Positions 53,080-61,794 are shown, counted from the first letter of the stretch. The stretch is DNA of 64,000 bases from an uncultured Planctomycetales bacterium (GCA_964571825.1 CAZNDQ010000001.1:5540-69539), one strand, 5' to 3'. Translations and numbers: made by a program. The notes: generated from the sequence alone by a model not told the origin.

Positions 53080-54736
53080 TTAGCTTCTCCACGGCGTCGT
53101 GCAGTGCCTTGTCGGCGGCGCCCTTCTCCGTCTCCAGCTCCTTCAGGTAGCCTTCGACGTCGTCAATGCCGTAGCGCTGTGCGCGGCGCTCAACGGCGCT
53201 ACGTAGCGTGATGATGCCGGCCTCCAGATCGTCGCGGACCGTGGCGGCTTCCTTCTGCTCGTCCTCGAGGTCCGGCGTGAAGTAACTCGGCCACGCCAGC
53301 GTGATGTCGCTCTCGTCAAGCTCCGCCGCACGCTGCACCGCAGCCATGAGGCGCCGCGGGAACCTGAGCGCGCCCTCGCCGACCTTCGCGATGATCCGCA
53401 GCAGCATCAGTGAAGCCGGGATCAGGAAGTTGTCGCCGAAGTCGTCGCGGTACTGGTCGCAGCGGTTGATCTGCCGCGCGCGGAGCAGCTGCAGGGCTTT
53501 GCCCGACAGCGCCGATGCGAACTTGAACGCGTCGGCGTCCAGGAACACGACGGCCAGCGACTCGGCGAGCTTGATCCGCTGGTCGCGCGCGTTGTCGTCG
53601 ATCGCCTTGAGCGCGTCGCCCGGCAGCGTGTGGAGCTGGACCTTGGCGTTGGGATTGTCGTACTGCCAGACCTCGCCGGGGCCTTTGCGGCGGCCCATCT
53701 TCTCGGTCGAGCCGCTGATCCATCGGCTATTGGCAGGGTTGTCGCCCTTGTAGCCGACAATCTGGTTCGTCGTCTGATCGTAGATTGGCTCGCTCGGACT
53801 GCCGCCCCGTGGCGTGCCGTCCATCTCGACGACGTATCCGGGCGCCGTTGGGCCGGTGCCGCGACGAACGCCGATCTCGGTCCATTGAGGATCGCCGGCC
53901 ATCAGCGCTGCGCGGTGCCGCTGCGACACGCTGAAGTCGTGCGCGCGCACCTCGTCAAGCAGCAGCTCGTGGATGGCCCTGCCGTCGAAGCTACCCTCGA
54001 TTGAGCAGCCGCGCATGTGCGCGTACCAGACAACCGGGCAGAACCCGAAGCCGTGCACAGCCTTGCGCTTTTCGCGCCAGCCAGATTCGTCTAGTGGCGA
54101 GCCGTGCTTGTCGGCTACGCGCGGCTCGTACTCGACATCGACCTTACCGTCGATGACGCGGCGGTAGAGCTTCGTGACGCGATGCCACTTGCCATCAGCG
54201 CCAAGTGCGTCCTCAAAAAACGGGTACTGCACGACTAGGCGCGACACCTTGCCGTCCTCGTCGAACTCCGGCTCGCACTTGGCCGGATCGATCGTGGTCG
54301 CGCTGAGGCGCCCGTTGACTACGCCAAACGTGACGCAGCCGGATCGGCAAGACTGCCCGGTCCCGAACACCTCTTTCGCGACGGTGCGAAACCGAACGCG
54401 ACGGTGCGCCTCGGCGATGGCGTCTGTGACGTCGTTGCTCTCGGTGGCCCGCTCTTCGCCCTGCTCGTCCTCGACCGTGACGTTGAACGCCGGCCAGCGC
54501 GCGTTCCCGAGCAGCAGGTCAAGGTTGCTATCGATCGCGTTGCGAACGATTGGATAAACGAAGCACGGCGCGCGCTTGAACAGCGGCACGTCCGCTGCGA
54601 ACCAGTCGGCGAGGTGTTCGTACTGTCGTCCGTCGACCCAGCGCTGCAGGTCCTCGAGATAGTGCGCGCGGGGTGACTTGTTGCACCTCGCGGTTTCGCG
54701 CGCAGCTTCGGCGCCTACAAGCTGCACGTCGGCCAT
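52976..54736 (-). CDS. portal protein
   Basis: 586 aa, immediately after the large terminase. Acidic C-terminus. Confidence 0.7.
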   Translation of the reverse strand: MADVQLVGAEAARETARCNKSPRAHYLEDLQRWVDGRQYEHLADWFAADVPLFKRAPCFVYPIVRNAIDSNLDLLLGNARWPAFNVTVEDEQGEERATESNDVTDAIAEAHRRVRFRTVAKEVFGTGQSCRSGCVTFGVVNGRLSATTIDPAKCEPEFDEDGKVSRLVVQYPFFEDALGADGKWHRVTKLYRRVIDGKVDVEYEPRVADKHGSPLDESGWREKRKAVHGFGFCPVVWYAHMRGCSIEGSFDGRAIHELLLDEVRAHDFSVSQRHRAALMAGDPQWTEIGVRRGTGPTAPGYVVEMDGTPRGGSPSEPIYDQTTNQIVGYKGDNPANSRWISGSTEKMGRRKGPGEVWQYDNPNAKVQLHTLPGDALKAIDDNARDQRIKLAESLAVVFLDADAFKFASALSGKALQLLRARQINRCDQYRDDFGDNFLIPASLMLLRIIAKVGEGALRFPRRLMAAVQRAAELDESDITLAWPSYFTPDLEDEQKEAATVRDDLEAGIITLRSAVERRAQRYGIDDVEGYLKELETEKGAADKALHDAVEKLNADAEDGDEGAPAKRGGSARGGADESDRGAADDE

Positions 54737-54780
54737 GTGGTGTCGCTTCGCTTGGGTTGTCGCTTCCGGGTGCCGTGCCG

Positions 54781-56121
54781 CTACATGTCGGCGATGACGG
54801 TCTTGGTTGCGATGGGTGCGTTGGCGGCGCGTAACGCCATGGCCAGCGCCCAGAATGAATCAGCGTGTCCCTCGCTGGTCCGCGGCGCCTCATACGAGAC
54901 GTTGCCGGCCTGCGTGACGACGCGCTTGATGGAGCACACGTCGCGGAACAGCTGCTCGTTGTCGCGAGGCATTCGGATCATGTCCGACGCGAACAGCGAG
55001 TGCGCGCGCGTCGCCATGTCCTCTTTGCTCTGCAGGGTGAAGCTCACGGGCTCGACGCTCATCTCGCCGTACGCCGCTTGCGCCTCGGAGGCAGGGAACG
55101 CACCCAACCCGGTCGCGTCGATGCACATGCGCTCCACACCGAACGGCGGCGCGAAGGCGCGCGCCACGAGCATCTGAATGTCGCCGAGCTGCGTGCGCTT
55201 GCAGGTGGCAGTGTGGACCACGTGGTAGCGCCCGTCGTGGTTGCGTCGCACGATGGCCAGCTCTGTCCGATCAACCTCTTTGCCGATGTCGAGCCCAGCC
55301 CAGCACGGTCCGTGCGGGATGTACGTCGAATCGATGCGGGCCGCTTCGACCAGGTGCGTCGGGATGTACTGCTGCTCGTTGTCTAGGAATGAGCAGCAGA
55401 ACAGCTGGTTGAAGACGCGCTCGTCGCCGCGCGCCAGCCTCCAGCAGTCGGCGATGTCGACTGGCATGCCATCGGCGATGGCGTCGTCCAGCGTTACGGC
55501 GTGGCGCGAGTACCCTTCGTTCTGCTTCGGGTCACTCCACAGCTCGTAGAACAGACCCGCCGCGCCGTTGGGCGTCGACAACCCGCGGATGCGGTAGCCG
55601 TGCAGCGCGGTGCCCGCCGCGCCGTCCCACACCTCGTAGGGCCGGTCGTAGTACGCCAGCTCGTCCAGGATGACGTTGCCGCTAAACGAGCGGCCCGCCG
55701 ACGTGTTGGGCAGCGACAGAATGCGCCCGCCATCGCCGCGGCCGTTGCCGCGCATGATGAGCTTGGTCGCACTGTTGTGCAGCGGGACGGCCCATCGCGA
55801 GCCAAGCTCGGCGAGCGCCGATGCGTGCAGCTTCGACTTGGCGAGGACCTCGTCGGCCTCGCGCTGCCCCAGCGAGATGACGGTCGTCGTCTCGCCGAAC
55901 AGCCCCCACAGCACCGCGGCACCCGCGATGGTGTGGCTGATCCCGATCTGTCGCGACTTGAGCGCGAGCATGAACCGCGACCAATCGAGTATCCACTCGA
56001 GCTGGAAGCGGTAGAACGTGTGCAGCCACGCGTCTACCGCGGCGAACTCACGCGACGGTAGCGCCTCGCGCAATCCGTCGTAGGTCCGCTGGGCGTCAGC
56101 GCTGAGAGTCGGCAGCGCCAT
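54781..56121 (-). CDS. terL: terminase large subunit
   Basis: Walker A-like KSRQIGIS and Walker B-like VILDELA, followed by a nuclease-half pattern. Position fits. Confidence 0.8.
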   Translation of the reverse strand: MALPTLSADAQRTYDGLREALPSREFAAVDAWLHTFYRFQLEWILDWSRFMLALKSRQIGISHTIAGAAVLWGLFGETTTVISLGQREADEVLAKSKLHASALAELGSRWAVPLHNSATKLIMRGNGRGDGGRILSLPNTSAGRSFSGNVILDELAYYDRPYEVWDGAAGTALHGYRIRGLSTPNGAAGLFYELWSDPKQNEGYSRHAVTLDDAIADGMPVDIADCWRLARGDERVFNQLFCCSFLDNEQQYIPTHLVEAARIDSTYIPHGPCWAGLDIGKEVDRTELAIVRRNHDGRYHVVHTATCKRTQLGDIQMLVARAFAPPFGVERMCIDATGLGAFPASEAQAAYGEMSVEPVSFTLQSKEDMATRAHSLFASDMIRMPRDNEQLFRDVCSIKRVVTQAGNVSYEAPRTSEGHADSFWALAMALRAANAPIATKTVIADM

Positions 56122-56581
56122 CGCGCGCCTCGTCGCTCTGCGGCGTCAGCTTGCCGAAGCGCTCCGCCATGATGCGGCGTGCCTGCTCCGGCGTCGCCTC
56201 GGTGGTGGTCACCTCGTGGCGCTCCGCTGCCTTGACGCCGCTGATCTCAGCCCACGTCTTGGCAACGAGTGCCACAGCGCGCGGGTCACGGTCGACCTTC
56301 GCAACGGCGCTTGCCAGTGCGGCATTGAGCGCCTGATTGACATCGATCTCGATGCCCTCGCGATCGGTCACCTCGGCGCGCACGATGCGGCTCGCCTCCG
56401 CGCAGTACTTCTTCGCCGTGTCGCGATGGACCTGCCACGCCTCGGCGAGCGCCTTGTAGGTGCGGCCACGCTCGAAACGGAGCGCGCGCATCAGGTCCGC
56501 GATGTAGTCGACGCGCTGGTCCGGTGTGGACAGCGCCGCAACCTCGGGCGAGGTCGGCCCTGGGATGTCGTGGTGTGCCAC
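56096..56581 (-). CDS. putative terminase small subunit
   Basis: 161 aa, overlapping the terL start, with an HTH-like segment. Called by position. Confidence 0.45.
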   Translation of the reverse strand: MAHHDIPGPTSPEVAALSTPDQRVDYIADLMRALRFERGRTYKALAEAWQVHRDTAKKYCAEASRIVRAEVTDREGIEIDVNQALNAALASAVAKVDRDPRAVALVAKTWAEISGVKAAERHEVTTTEATPEQARRIMAERFGKLTPQSDEARDGAADSQR

Positions 56582-56589
56582 TGTGCCCC

Positions 56590-56615
56590 CGGTTCGACCG
56601 TTAACCGCCGTCGTC
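56590..56615 (-). promoter_or_regulatory. conserved leader element (copy T), shared with 49839..49865
   Basis: GACGACGGCGGTTAACGGTCGAAC, with hairpin CGGTT/AACCG, 10-11 nt before the GTG start. Confidence 0.5.
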
Positions 56616-56672
56616 GCGTGGTGGGGTGGGTGGTGATAAGCGGCGGTGTTGGACCGCGCGTGAGAGATCTGG

Positions 56673-57044
56673 CTACGCGAGCATCACCGCAACGCCGCGG
56701 GCCGACGGCTCGCCAGCTATCTCGTCCCACACCGTCGCGACGCCCTTCGCCATCGTCGCCTGGCCGCGTGTCAGCGCCATACGCGGCGACATCATCAGGT
56801 AGACGACGTCGCACGGCTTGCCGTCGTGGTTGCGCGCCAGCCACTTGCGCAGCGCCCGTGCCGACTGGACGCCCTCCACGACCCACGGGCCCGGCTCGTC
56901 GAAGTAGCGTGACGCAGCCTCGCTTGCCTCGCTCCACGCGTGCGTTGCGATTAGGTCGTCCAGGTGCCGAACCGTGTCGACACCGAGCCGCGTGGACAGC
57001 GTCGTCTTGCCGGTCCGTGGCACGCCCGCGATTACGATGCGCAT
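56673..57044 (-). CDS. P-loop NTPase (small kinase/ATPase-like)
   Basis: MRIVIAGVPRTGKTTL is a Walker A motif at the extreme N-terminus. Confidence 0.55.
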   Translation of the reverse strand: MRIVIAGVPRTGKTTLSTRLGVDTVRHLDDLIATHAWSEASEAASRYFDEPGPWVVEGVQSARALRKWLARNHDGKPCDVVYLMMSPRMALTRGQATMAKGVATVWDEIAGEPSARGVAVMLA

Positions 57045-57843
57045 CGCGTTGTCCCAGTACTCCACGTCACGTACCGCGCGAGCCGCTGCGCCCTGCGCTG
57101 TAGCTCGGCGTACGTCACCTCTTGCGACGCGTCCTGCTCGGCCGGCGCCATGTTGCGCCAGATGCTCAGCATGTGGGCCCACTTCTCGTCGCCTCGCTCG
57201 CCCCGTTGGTGCGGTCCGCGAGCTGGTAGACGATGACTCTGTGGTAGAGGGCGATCATGAAAAGCCCAGCGTGGCACAGGCGCTCGCGTCTGCGCGACCC
57301 TGGGCGGGTTAGTCGTTGTGGTTTGCTGAGTTGTCGCAGTACTTGAACCGCTGCGCCGGTGTTGGTGGACCAGCTGGGTAACGCTCCCAGTAACATCGCC
57401 GCTTGGTCGTAGTATTCGTAGCGCTACGCCGCTTCGTGGACCAGAGCGGAATCGGACCGCTTCGGCTCAGCTTGCAAGGCTGGCCACCAGCCCACTGGAC
57501 CGGCCCAGGCAGCCCGCATCGCTACGGGCCAGGCCACATCGGCACGAGGCGCTCGCGTCTCATGCCGCCCCTCGCCGACGTGTGTCGGCGCGTGGCTTCG
57601 GGGTTGCGTCACTCGGGGCTTGTGAGGCCCCTCGGGGTGTGATCCCACGCGACGCAGTGGACCGTGTCGGTACTGCCCCGACCGTCCGCGGCGGTCCGCG
57701 TTGCGGTGTTCCGCCACGTCGAAGCTGTTTCGGCCCGTGAGGCGCTGGACCCTGCGCCGACGTCGTGCCGCAGCGTTGGCGTCGTGGCGAGCAGGATCCG
57801 AAGCCCTCATATATATAGGGCAAAACATGTCCGCTGGTGTCCC

Positions 57844-58257
57844 TTACTTCACCAAAAGATGCTTAACGGCGCGGGCCAGGGCGCGCTGTCTTGCGTCGAT
57901 TGTGTCAATGAGTTCGTATATCTCCTCAACGCAGTCTCGCACCTCGCCGACAATATTCGCCGCTTCGTCTAGAAGAGACGCACGGCGAAGAGCATCTCGT
58001 GTTGTCCAGCACCTGCCGCCACCGGCGACCCCGCTCCGGCGAAGCCCGCCTCCGAAAACCAAACGCTGCCCCGTTTGCTGCTCAGCGCGGCGCAGTCGGC
58101 GCTTGGCTCTGCGCATCGTGGTCGGCGTCGGTTCGCCATCTGCCCCGAGCCATTTGCCGCCCGGGTCAACGTCGGCTAACAGCCGGCACACGTCGGCCAT
58201 GGTCAGCTGTTGGGCCAACTGCGCCCTGGCGCGCTGCGGCACCGGGCGCGGCTTCAT
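57844..58257 (-). CDS. hypothetical DNA-binding protein
   Basis: LTMADVCRLL HTH-like start and a C-terminal coiled segment. Last gene before the 660-bp non-coding region. Confidence 0.4.
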   Translation of the reverse strand: MKPRPVPQRARAQLAQQLTMADVCRLLADVDPGGKWLGADGEPTPTTMRRAKRRLRRAEQQTGQRLVFGGGLRRSGVAGGGRCWTTRDALRRASLLDEAANIVGEVRDCVEEIYELIDTIDARQRALARAVKHLLVK

Positions 58258-58958
58258 TCGTCACCACCCGTAGCTCGCTCAGCATGCTCGCGCAGCGACG
58301 ACAGCGGCGTGACGGCATCGTCGCTCAGTCCCAGTGCCTCCATCCACGCCTCTGCTCTCAGGTCAGCGTCGACCGGATCGCCAAGCAGCTCGCTCAGCAG
58401 CAGCTCGCTCCGTCGCCGCCCCTGCGCCCTGGCGCGGTCCCTCTCGGCACGGGCCGCAGCGCGATCGTCTCGGCGAATGTCCTGCCACGACAAGTGCGCC
58501 TCGGTCAGGATCCGCACGGCGCGCGCAACCTCACCGGCGCCCTCGCGCTCGGCCCACCGCAATGTCTTGCCGTTGTCGCGGAGAATGCGCCGCACAATGT
58601 TGGCCGCGATCCCGTAGTTGCTCGCCAGCGCTGGGCCGTCGTCTTCGGTGTTCGGGTGTCGCAACTCGTAGCTGATGCACAGCGCCGACTGGTGACGCTT
58701 CTGCAGCTTGCGAAACGATGCGAGCAGCCACCGCTGCCGAGACGCCGCGTTGACTTGGCGCGGCGTGAGCGTTGCCGCGCTGATCCAACCGGGCTCCAGC
58801 CACGCCGCGAGCGGATCGGTTGCCGGAATGCCCACCGCGCCGCCTCCGCCCGACATGGCCACGTCGAGTTGATGTCCCATCGCCGACGAGTAGCCAAGCT
58901 CGGCCGCGGAGTCCCAGAACAGCCACGCCAGGTCAAGGTCAGGATTGATCGCGCTCAT
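58254..58958 (-). CDS. hypothetical protein with sigma region-4-like HTH
   Basis: ATG at 58958 (ATGA overlap). The ALASNYGIAANIVRRILRDNG segment is HTH-like. Confidence 0.4.
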   Translation of the reverse strand: MSAINPDLDLAWLFWDSAAELGYSSAMGHQLDVAMSGGGGAVGIPATDPLAAWLEPGWISAATLTPRQVNAASRQRWLLASFRKLQKRHQSALCISYELRHPNTEDDGPALASNYGIAANIVRRILRDNGKTLRWAEREGAGEVARAVRILTEAHLSWQDIRRDDRAAARAERDRARAQGRRRSELLLSELLGDPVDADLRAEAWMEALGLSDDAVTPLSSLREHAERATGGDE

Positions 58959-59569
58959 ACGTCCACCGTCCACCTGATAGGCTCCGGACTGATGCCCGTG
59001 TCGGCGATGAACGCCGCGAGCCACGCTCTGGCGCCATCCTCGCCGAGCGACGCATGGCGGTTGTTGCGGACCCACTGCGACGCGTGCAAGGCCGCAAGGC
59101 GTCGCTCCAGCGCGTGCGCGGCGAGACCCGGTGGCGCGCATCTGTGCGCTACCAGTCGCGCCACGACCCGGCGCAGCTTCGACTCGTACAGCGCCTCGTC
59201 CGCGTCCTGAACGCCCTCCGGTGAGCTGCCAAGCGGCTCGCCTACTGCGAGGAACTCCAGGTCGCTGCAGATCTCAGCGAGCACGTCGACGCGCCCCTCC
59301 TCGTCCTCGAAGAATCCCTCCGCATGGTAGTAGCGGTCTGTCTTCGGGATCTGGCGGACCAACGTGTCGTCCATTGGCTTGGCCGCGCAATGCCACCCGG
59401 CCGGGCACTCCGCGTGCACGACACCAACGTCGGTGTACGCGGCGGATTGGCCAGGCAGGATGTGGCGCCCACACTTGCGGCACGGGAGACGCGGCTCGCG
59501 CTCGCCGAGCAGCTTCGTGCCAGCGATGAACGGGCGCGTCGTCCTCGGCCTCGTTACGATTGCAGTCAT
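58955..59569 (-). CDS. hypothetical protein
   Basis: ATG at 59569 lies 6 nt after the TATGCG of a class II motif. Confidence 0.45.
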   Translation of the reverse strand: MTAIVTRPRTTRPFIAGTKLLGEREPRLPCRKCGRHILPGQSAAYTDVGVVHAECPAGWHCAAKPMDDTLVRQIPKTDRYYHAEGFFEDEEGRVDVLAEICSDLEFLAVGEPLGSSPEGVQDADEALYESKLRRVVARLVAHRCAPPGLAAHALERRLAALHASQWVRNNRHASLGEDGARAWLAAFIADTGISPEPIRWTVDV

Positions 59570-59573
59570 GCAT

Positions 59574-59590
59574 GCCGCATAGCACGACAC
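59574..59590 (-). promoter_or_regulatory. class II 17-mer GTGTCGTGCTATGCGGC
   Basis: 17/17 match with leaderless spacing. Confidence 0.6.
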
Positions 59591-59617
59591 ACCCGGTCAC
59601 CACGACGCGGGCACTCC

Positions 59618-59653
59618 AAAAGAAAAAGCCCGACCGCCTCGCGACGATCGGGC
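59618..59653 (-). terminator. Rho-independent terminator closing the Y-RNA cluster
   Basis: GCCCGATCG-TCGCGAGG-CGGTCGGGC followed by TTTTTCTTTT. Confidence 0.7.
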
Positions 59654-59672
59654 CGAACTACCATGGTGTCAG

Positions 59673-59796
59673 GGTCAACGGCGGGATTCGAACCCGCGAC
59701 CTCCCTCGTGCAAAGAGATAACCGTTCCGCTGCGGCCCGAATCGGGCAAAGAGGTGCGAGACGGAATAGGCGCTCTACCAGCTGAGCTACGTTGAC
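59673..59796 (-). ncRNA. tRNA-like RNA with a Y-RNA-type hairpin in place of the anticodon arm (module 3)
   Basis: Perfect acceptor (GTCAACG/CGTTGAC), D arm (GCTC-AGCTGGTA-GAGC) and T arm (GCGGG-TTCGAAT-CCCGC). A 68-nt insert carries CTTTGCCCG-ATT-CGGGCCGCAG..GGTTATC. Confidence 0.65.
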
Positions 59797-59843
59797 CGGT
59801 GTTCCCGGCTTGAATTGCACCAGCGTTACCGGCGTGAAAGGCG

Positions 59844-59894
59844 ATAACCCTCATGCTTCGGCCCGCGGACGGGCAAAGTGTTGCCGAGGGGTAT
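59844..59894 (-). ncRNA. Y-RNA-like module 2 (Ro-helix motif closed by a tetraloop)
   Basis: ATACCCCTC..CTTT-GCCCG-TCCG-CGGGC-C-GAAG..GAGGGTTAT folds as one long hairpin with a bulged C. Confidence 0.5.
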
Positions 59895-59929
59895 TGAACG
59901 GTGTCCTGCTCACTAGACGACGGGAACAG

Positions 59930-59992
59930 ATGTCGGGCAAGTTGGTGCGGCAGGGGAACATACCAGATAACCCTACCACTTCGGCCCGACAT
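59930..59992 (-). ncRNA. Y-RNA-like module 1 (compact, canonical topology)
   Basis: Termini pair as ATGTCGGGC/GCCCGACAT, with bulged C/G, AAGT/ACTT, GGTAGGG/CCCTGCC and loop TTATCTGGTATGTTC. The 5' end coincides with the predicted TSS. Confidence 0.65.
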
Positions 59993-59997
59993 GGAAA

Positions 59998-60015
59998 CTC
60001 TATAGCACACCACAC
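59998..60015 (-). promoter_or_regulatory. class II-related promoter of the Y-RNA cluster (GTGTGGTGTGCTATAGAG)
   Basis: TGC-TATAGA extended -10. 6 nt to the A that starts the Y-RNA terminal helix. Confidence 0.55.
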
Positions 60016-60035
60016 GCGTCGCAGTATTGGCAGCC

Positions 60036-61787
60036 CTACGCGGCTGACGAATCTTCTGTGAGGCCACACGCGAACTCAGACAGGAGCTGCGGCGTGGCCG
60101 TGTCGAACCCGGCGACGTCGATCATGCCGGCGTCGCTCGGGTCTGCGATCGTGAACTCGGTCGCTTCCATTGCGACCACCGCGAGCTTAGCGTCGATGCC
60201 CATCTGCTGGCGGTACTGCTTCAGCGCGACGTGGGCATGCAAGTCGCCCTGCCACGTCTCGTTGTCAGTGTAGATGTGAAACACATCGACCGGCACCTTG
60301 TGCTCCATGGCCCACATCATCGGCAGGGCGCAGTCCGTGCCACCCATCGGGATCTGAGCGATCCGCTGCATCGCGTCGCCGATCCTCATGCGCGGCGAAA
60401 TGTCGACCGTGCTGATACCCGACCGCAGCGAGCTGTTGTGACCGTAGGCGCGGTACCCGGCGCTCGCCCACTGCCCGGTGCAACGCGGATGCGACCAACC
60501 CGCGTCAGCGCTGGAGAACGCCACCACGCCGCAGTTCGGCTCCACGGCCAGCGCAACCATCGCCATCGCGGTCGCAGCCTCGCGACACGAGACGAAGTCG
60601 ATCCCGGCGACCGGCGCGCCCATCGATCCTGACACGTCCAGCGCCAGCAGGTGCCGCTTGCCGGTCTTCGGCACGGCACCGAACGCCGCGTAGAACGCCG
60701 CGTCCAACGCGTCGGTGACCTGCGACACGGGCCCCCACGTCAGCGAGCCCTTCACGCCACAGCCGCGCGCGTACACCTTCTGCGCCGCCATCAGCGCGAT
60801 CGGGTGCATCCGGGCGCGGCGCAGTCGCTCGACATCGCCGAGCCGCTCCGCAACGGTGCGCGACGCATCGGACAGCGGCGCGATCAGCCCGACGCTCGTC
60901 ATCTTGCCGAGGTTGCGGATCATAGCCGTCATGGGCATGCCGACGAGTAGCGCCTCCCACACCTCACGGTGCGCAAGCAGCTCAGTCGGCACCATCTCGC
61001 GCGCGAGTCCGCGCTCCACAATGAGCTTCGCCGCTGCTTTGGGATCGGTCGCCAGCGTCTTGCACTCCTCGTACGCGGCGATCAGGTCGGGCAGGTGCCG
61101 CTTCAGTGCGCCCTGTTCCTCCACCGCGTCGCGGCGCTTCACGATGCGCTTGCCCATGCCGTCGCTGCCAGCCACGGCCCACCGAAGCGCGGCCTCGGCC
61201 GGTAGCTCCAGGTTGTCCGCGAGATGGCACAGGCGCAGCACGTCGCGATGCGACCAGCCGTTGCGCTGTTGGTACTTCACGAGCTGCAGCGCCAGCTGGT
61301 CGCCCGTCTTCGCCGCGTACCACTTGCCGACACCACGCCGCAGGCCGCGACCCCACCCGCGCAGCTCGTTGACGATCGCGACAAACTCGAACAGGTGCGT
61401 CCCGATGCGGCACACGTCGGGTAAGGCATCCAGCGCAGCACGGCGCGCCTCGGGCGACTCCGACGCTGCGCAGATGGCCAACGCGAAGATCGCCGGGCTG
61501 TTCTTTGGCGCGTTGCCGGCTTGACTCACCTCGGCGATCGTCCGCACGGTGCGCAGTGGATCGGCGACTACGCAGCGACGGACGGCGGCGGCGTTGTCCA
61601 GCGTGAGGGCGCGCTCCTTGACGTAGTAGGTGCCGCCCTCGCTGCCGAGGATCAGGAAGCGCTGCAACCGCGCCCAGTCGTCCACGACGAAGCTGTAGCC
61701 GCCCGCGTTGTTCTCCTGCTGCAACGGGGACACCGCCTCGGACTGCGGCGTGTGGATCGGGTTGAGTGCCGTGGTGTAGATGCTCAT
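60036..61787 (-). CDS. rsr: Ro60 / Rsr orthologue (TROVE plus vWA domains)
   Basis: NNAGGYSFVVDDWARLQRFLILGSEGGTYY (TROVE N-terminus) and C-terminal MIDAS LALDVSGSM. ATG at 61787 after the motif. The longer ORF upstream is not supported. Confidence 0.88.
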   Translation of the reverse strand: MSIYTTALNPIHTPQSEAVSPLQQENNAGGYSFVVDDWARLQRFLILGSEGGTYYVKERALTLDNAAAVRRCVVADPLRTVRTIAEVSQAGNAPKNSPAIFALAICAASESPEARRAALDALPDVCRIGTHLFEFVAIVNELRGWGRGLRRGVGKWYAAKTGDQLALQLVKYQQRNGWSHRDVLRLCHLADNLELPAEAALRWAVAGSDGMGKRIVKRRDAVEEQGALKRHLPDLIAAYEECKTLATDPKAAAKLIVERGLAREMVPTELLAHREVWEALLVGMPMTAMIRNLGKMTSVGLIAPLSDASRTVAERLGDVERLRRARMHPIALMAAQKVYARGCGVKGSLTWGPVSQVTDALDAAFYAAFGAVPKTGKRHLLALDVSGSMGAPVAGIDFVSCREAATAMAMVALAVEPNCGVVAFSSADAGWSHPRCTGQWASAGYRAYGHNSSLRSGISTVDISPRMRIGDAMQRIAQIPMGGTDCALPMMWAMEHKVPVDVFHIYTDNETWQGDLHAHVALKQYRQQMGIDAKLAVVAMEATEFTIADPSDAGMIDVAGFDTATPQLLSEFACGLTEDSSAA

Positions 61788-61794
61788 GACTTGG

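Noticed and set aside
57721-57740. A fourth Y-RNA module, because TTCGGCCCG recurs here.
   Set aside because: No partner CTTTGCCCG strand and no GGTTATC motif are nearby. A 9-mer match is plausible by chance in 128 kb of GC-rich sequence.
59673-59796. A genuine intron-containing tRNA gene.
   Set aside because: The acceptor, D and T arms are perfect. However, no 5-bp anticodon stem or 7-nt loop can be drawn on either side of the 68-nt insert. The insert carries the same motifs as the neighbouring Y-RNA modules and is far too short for a group I intron.
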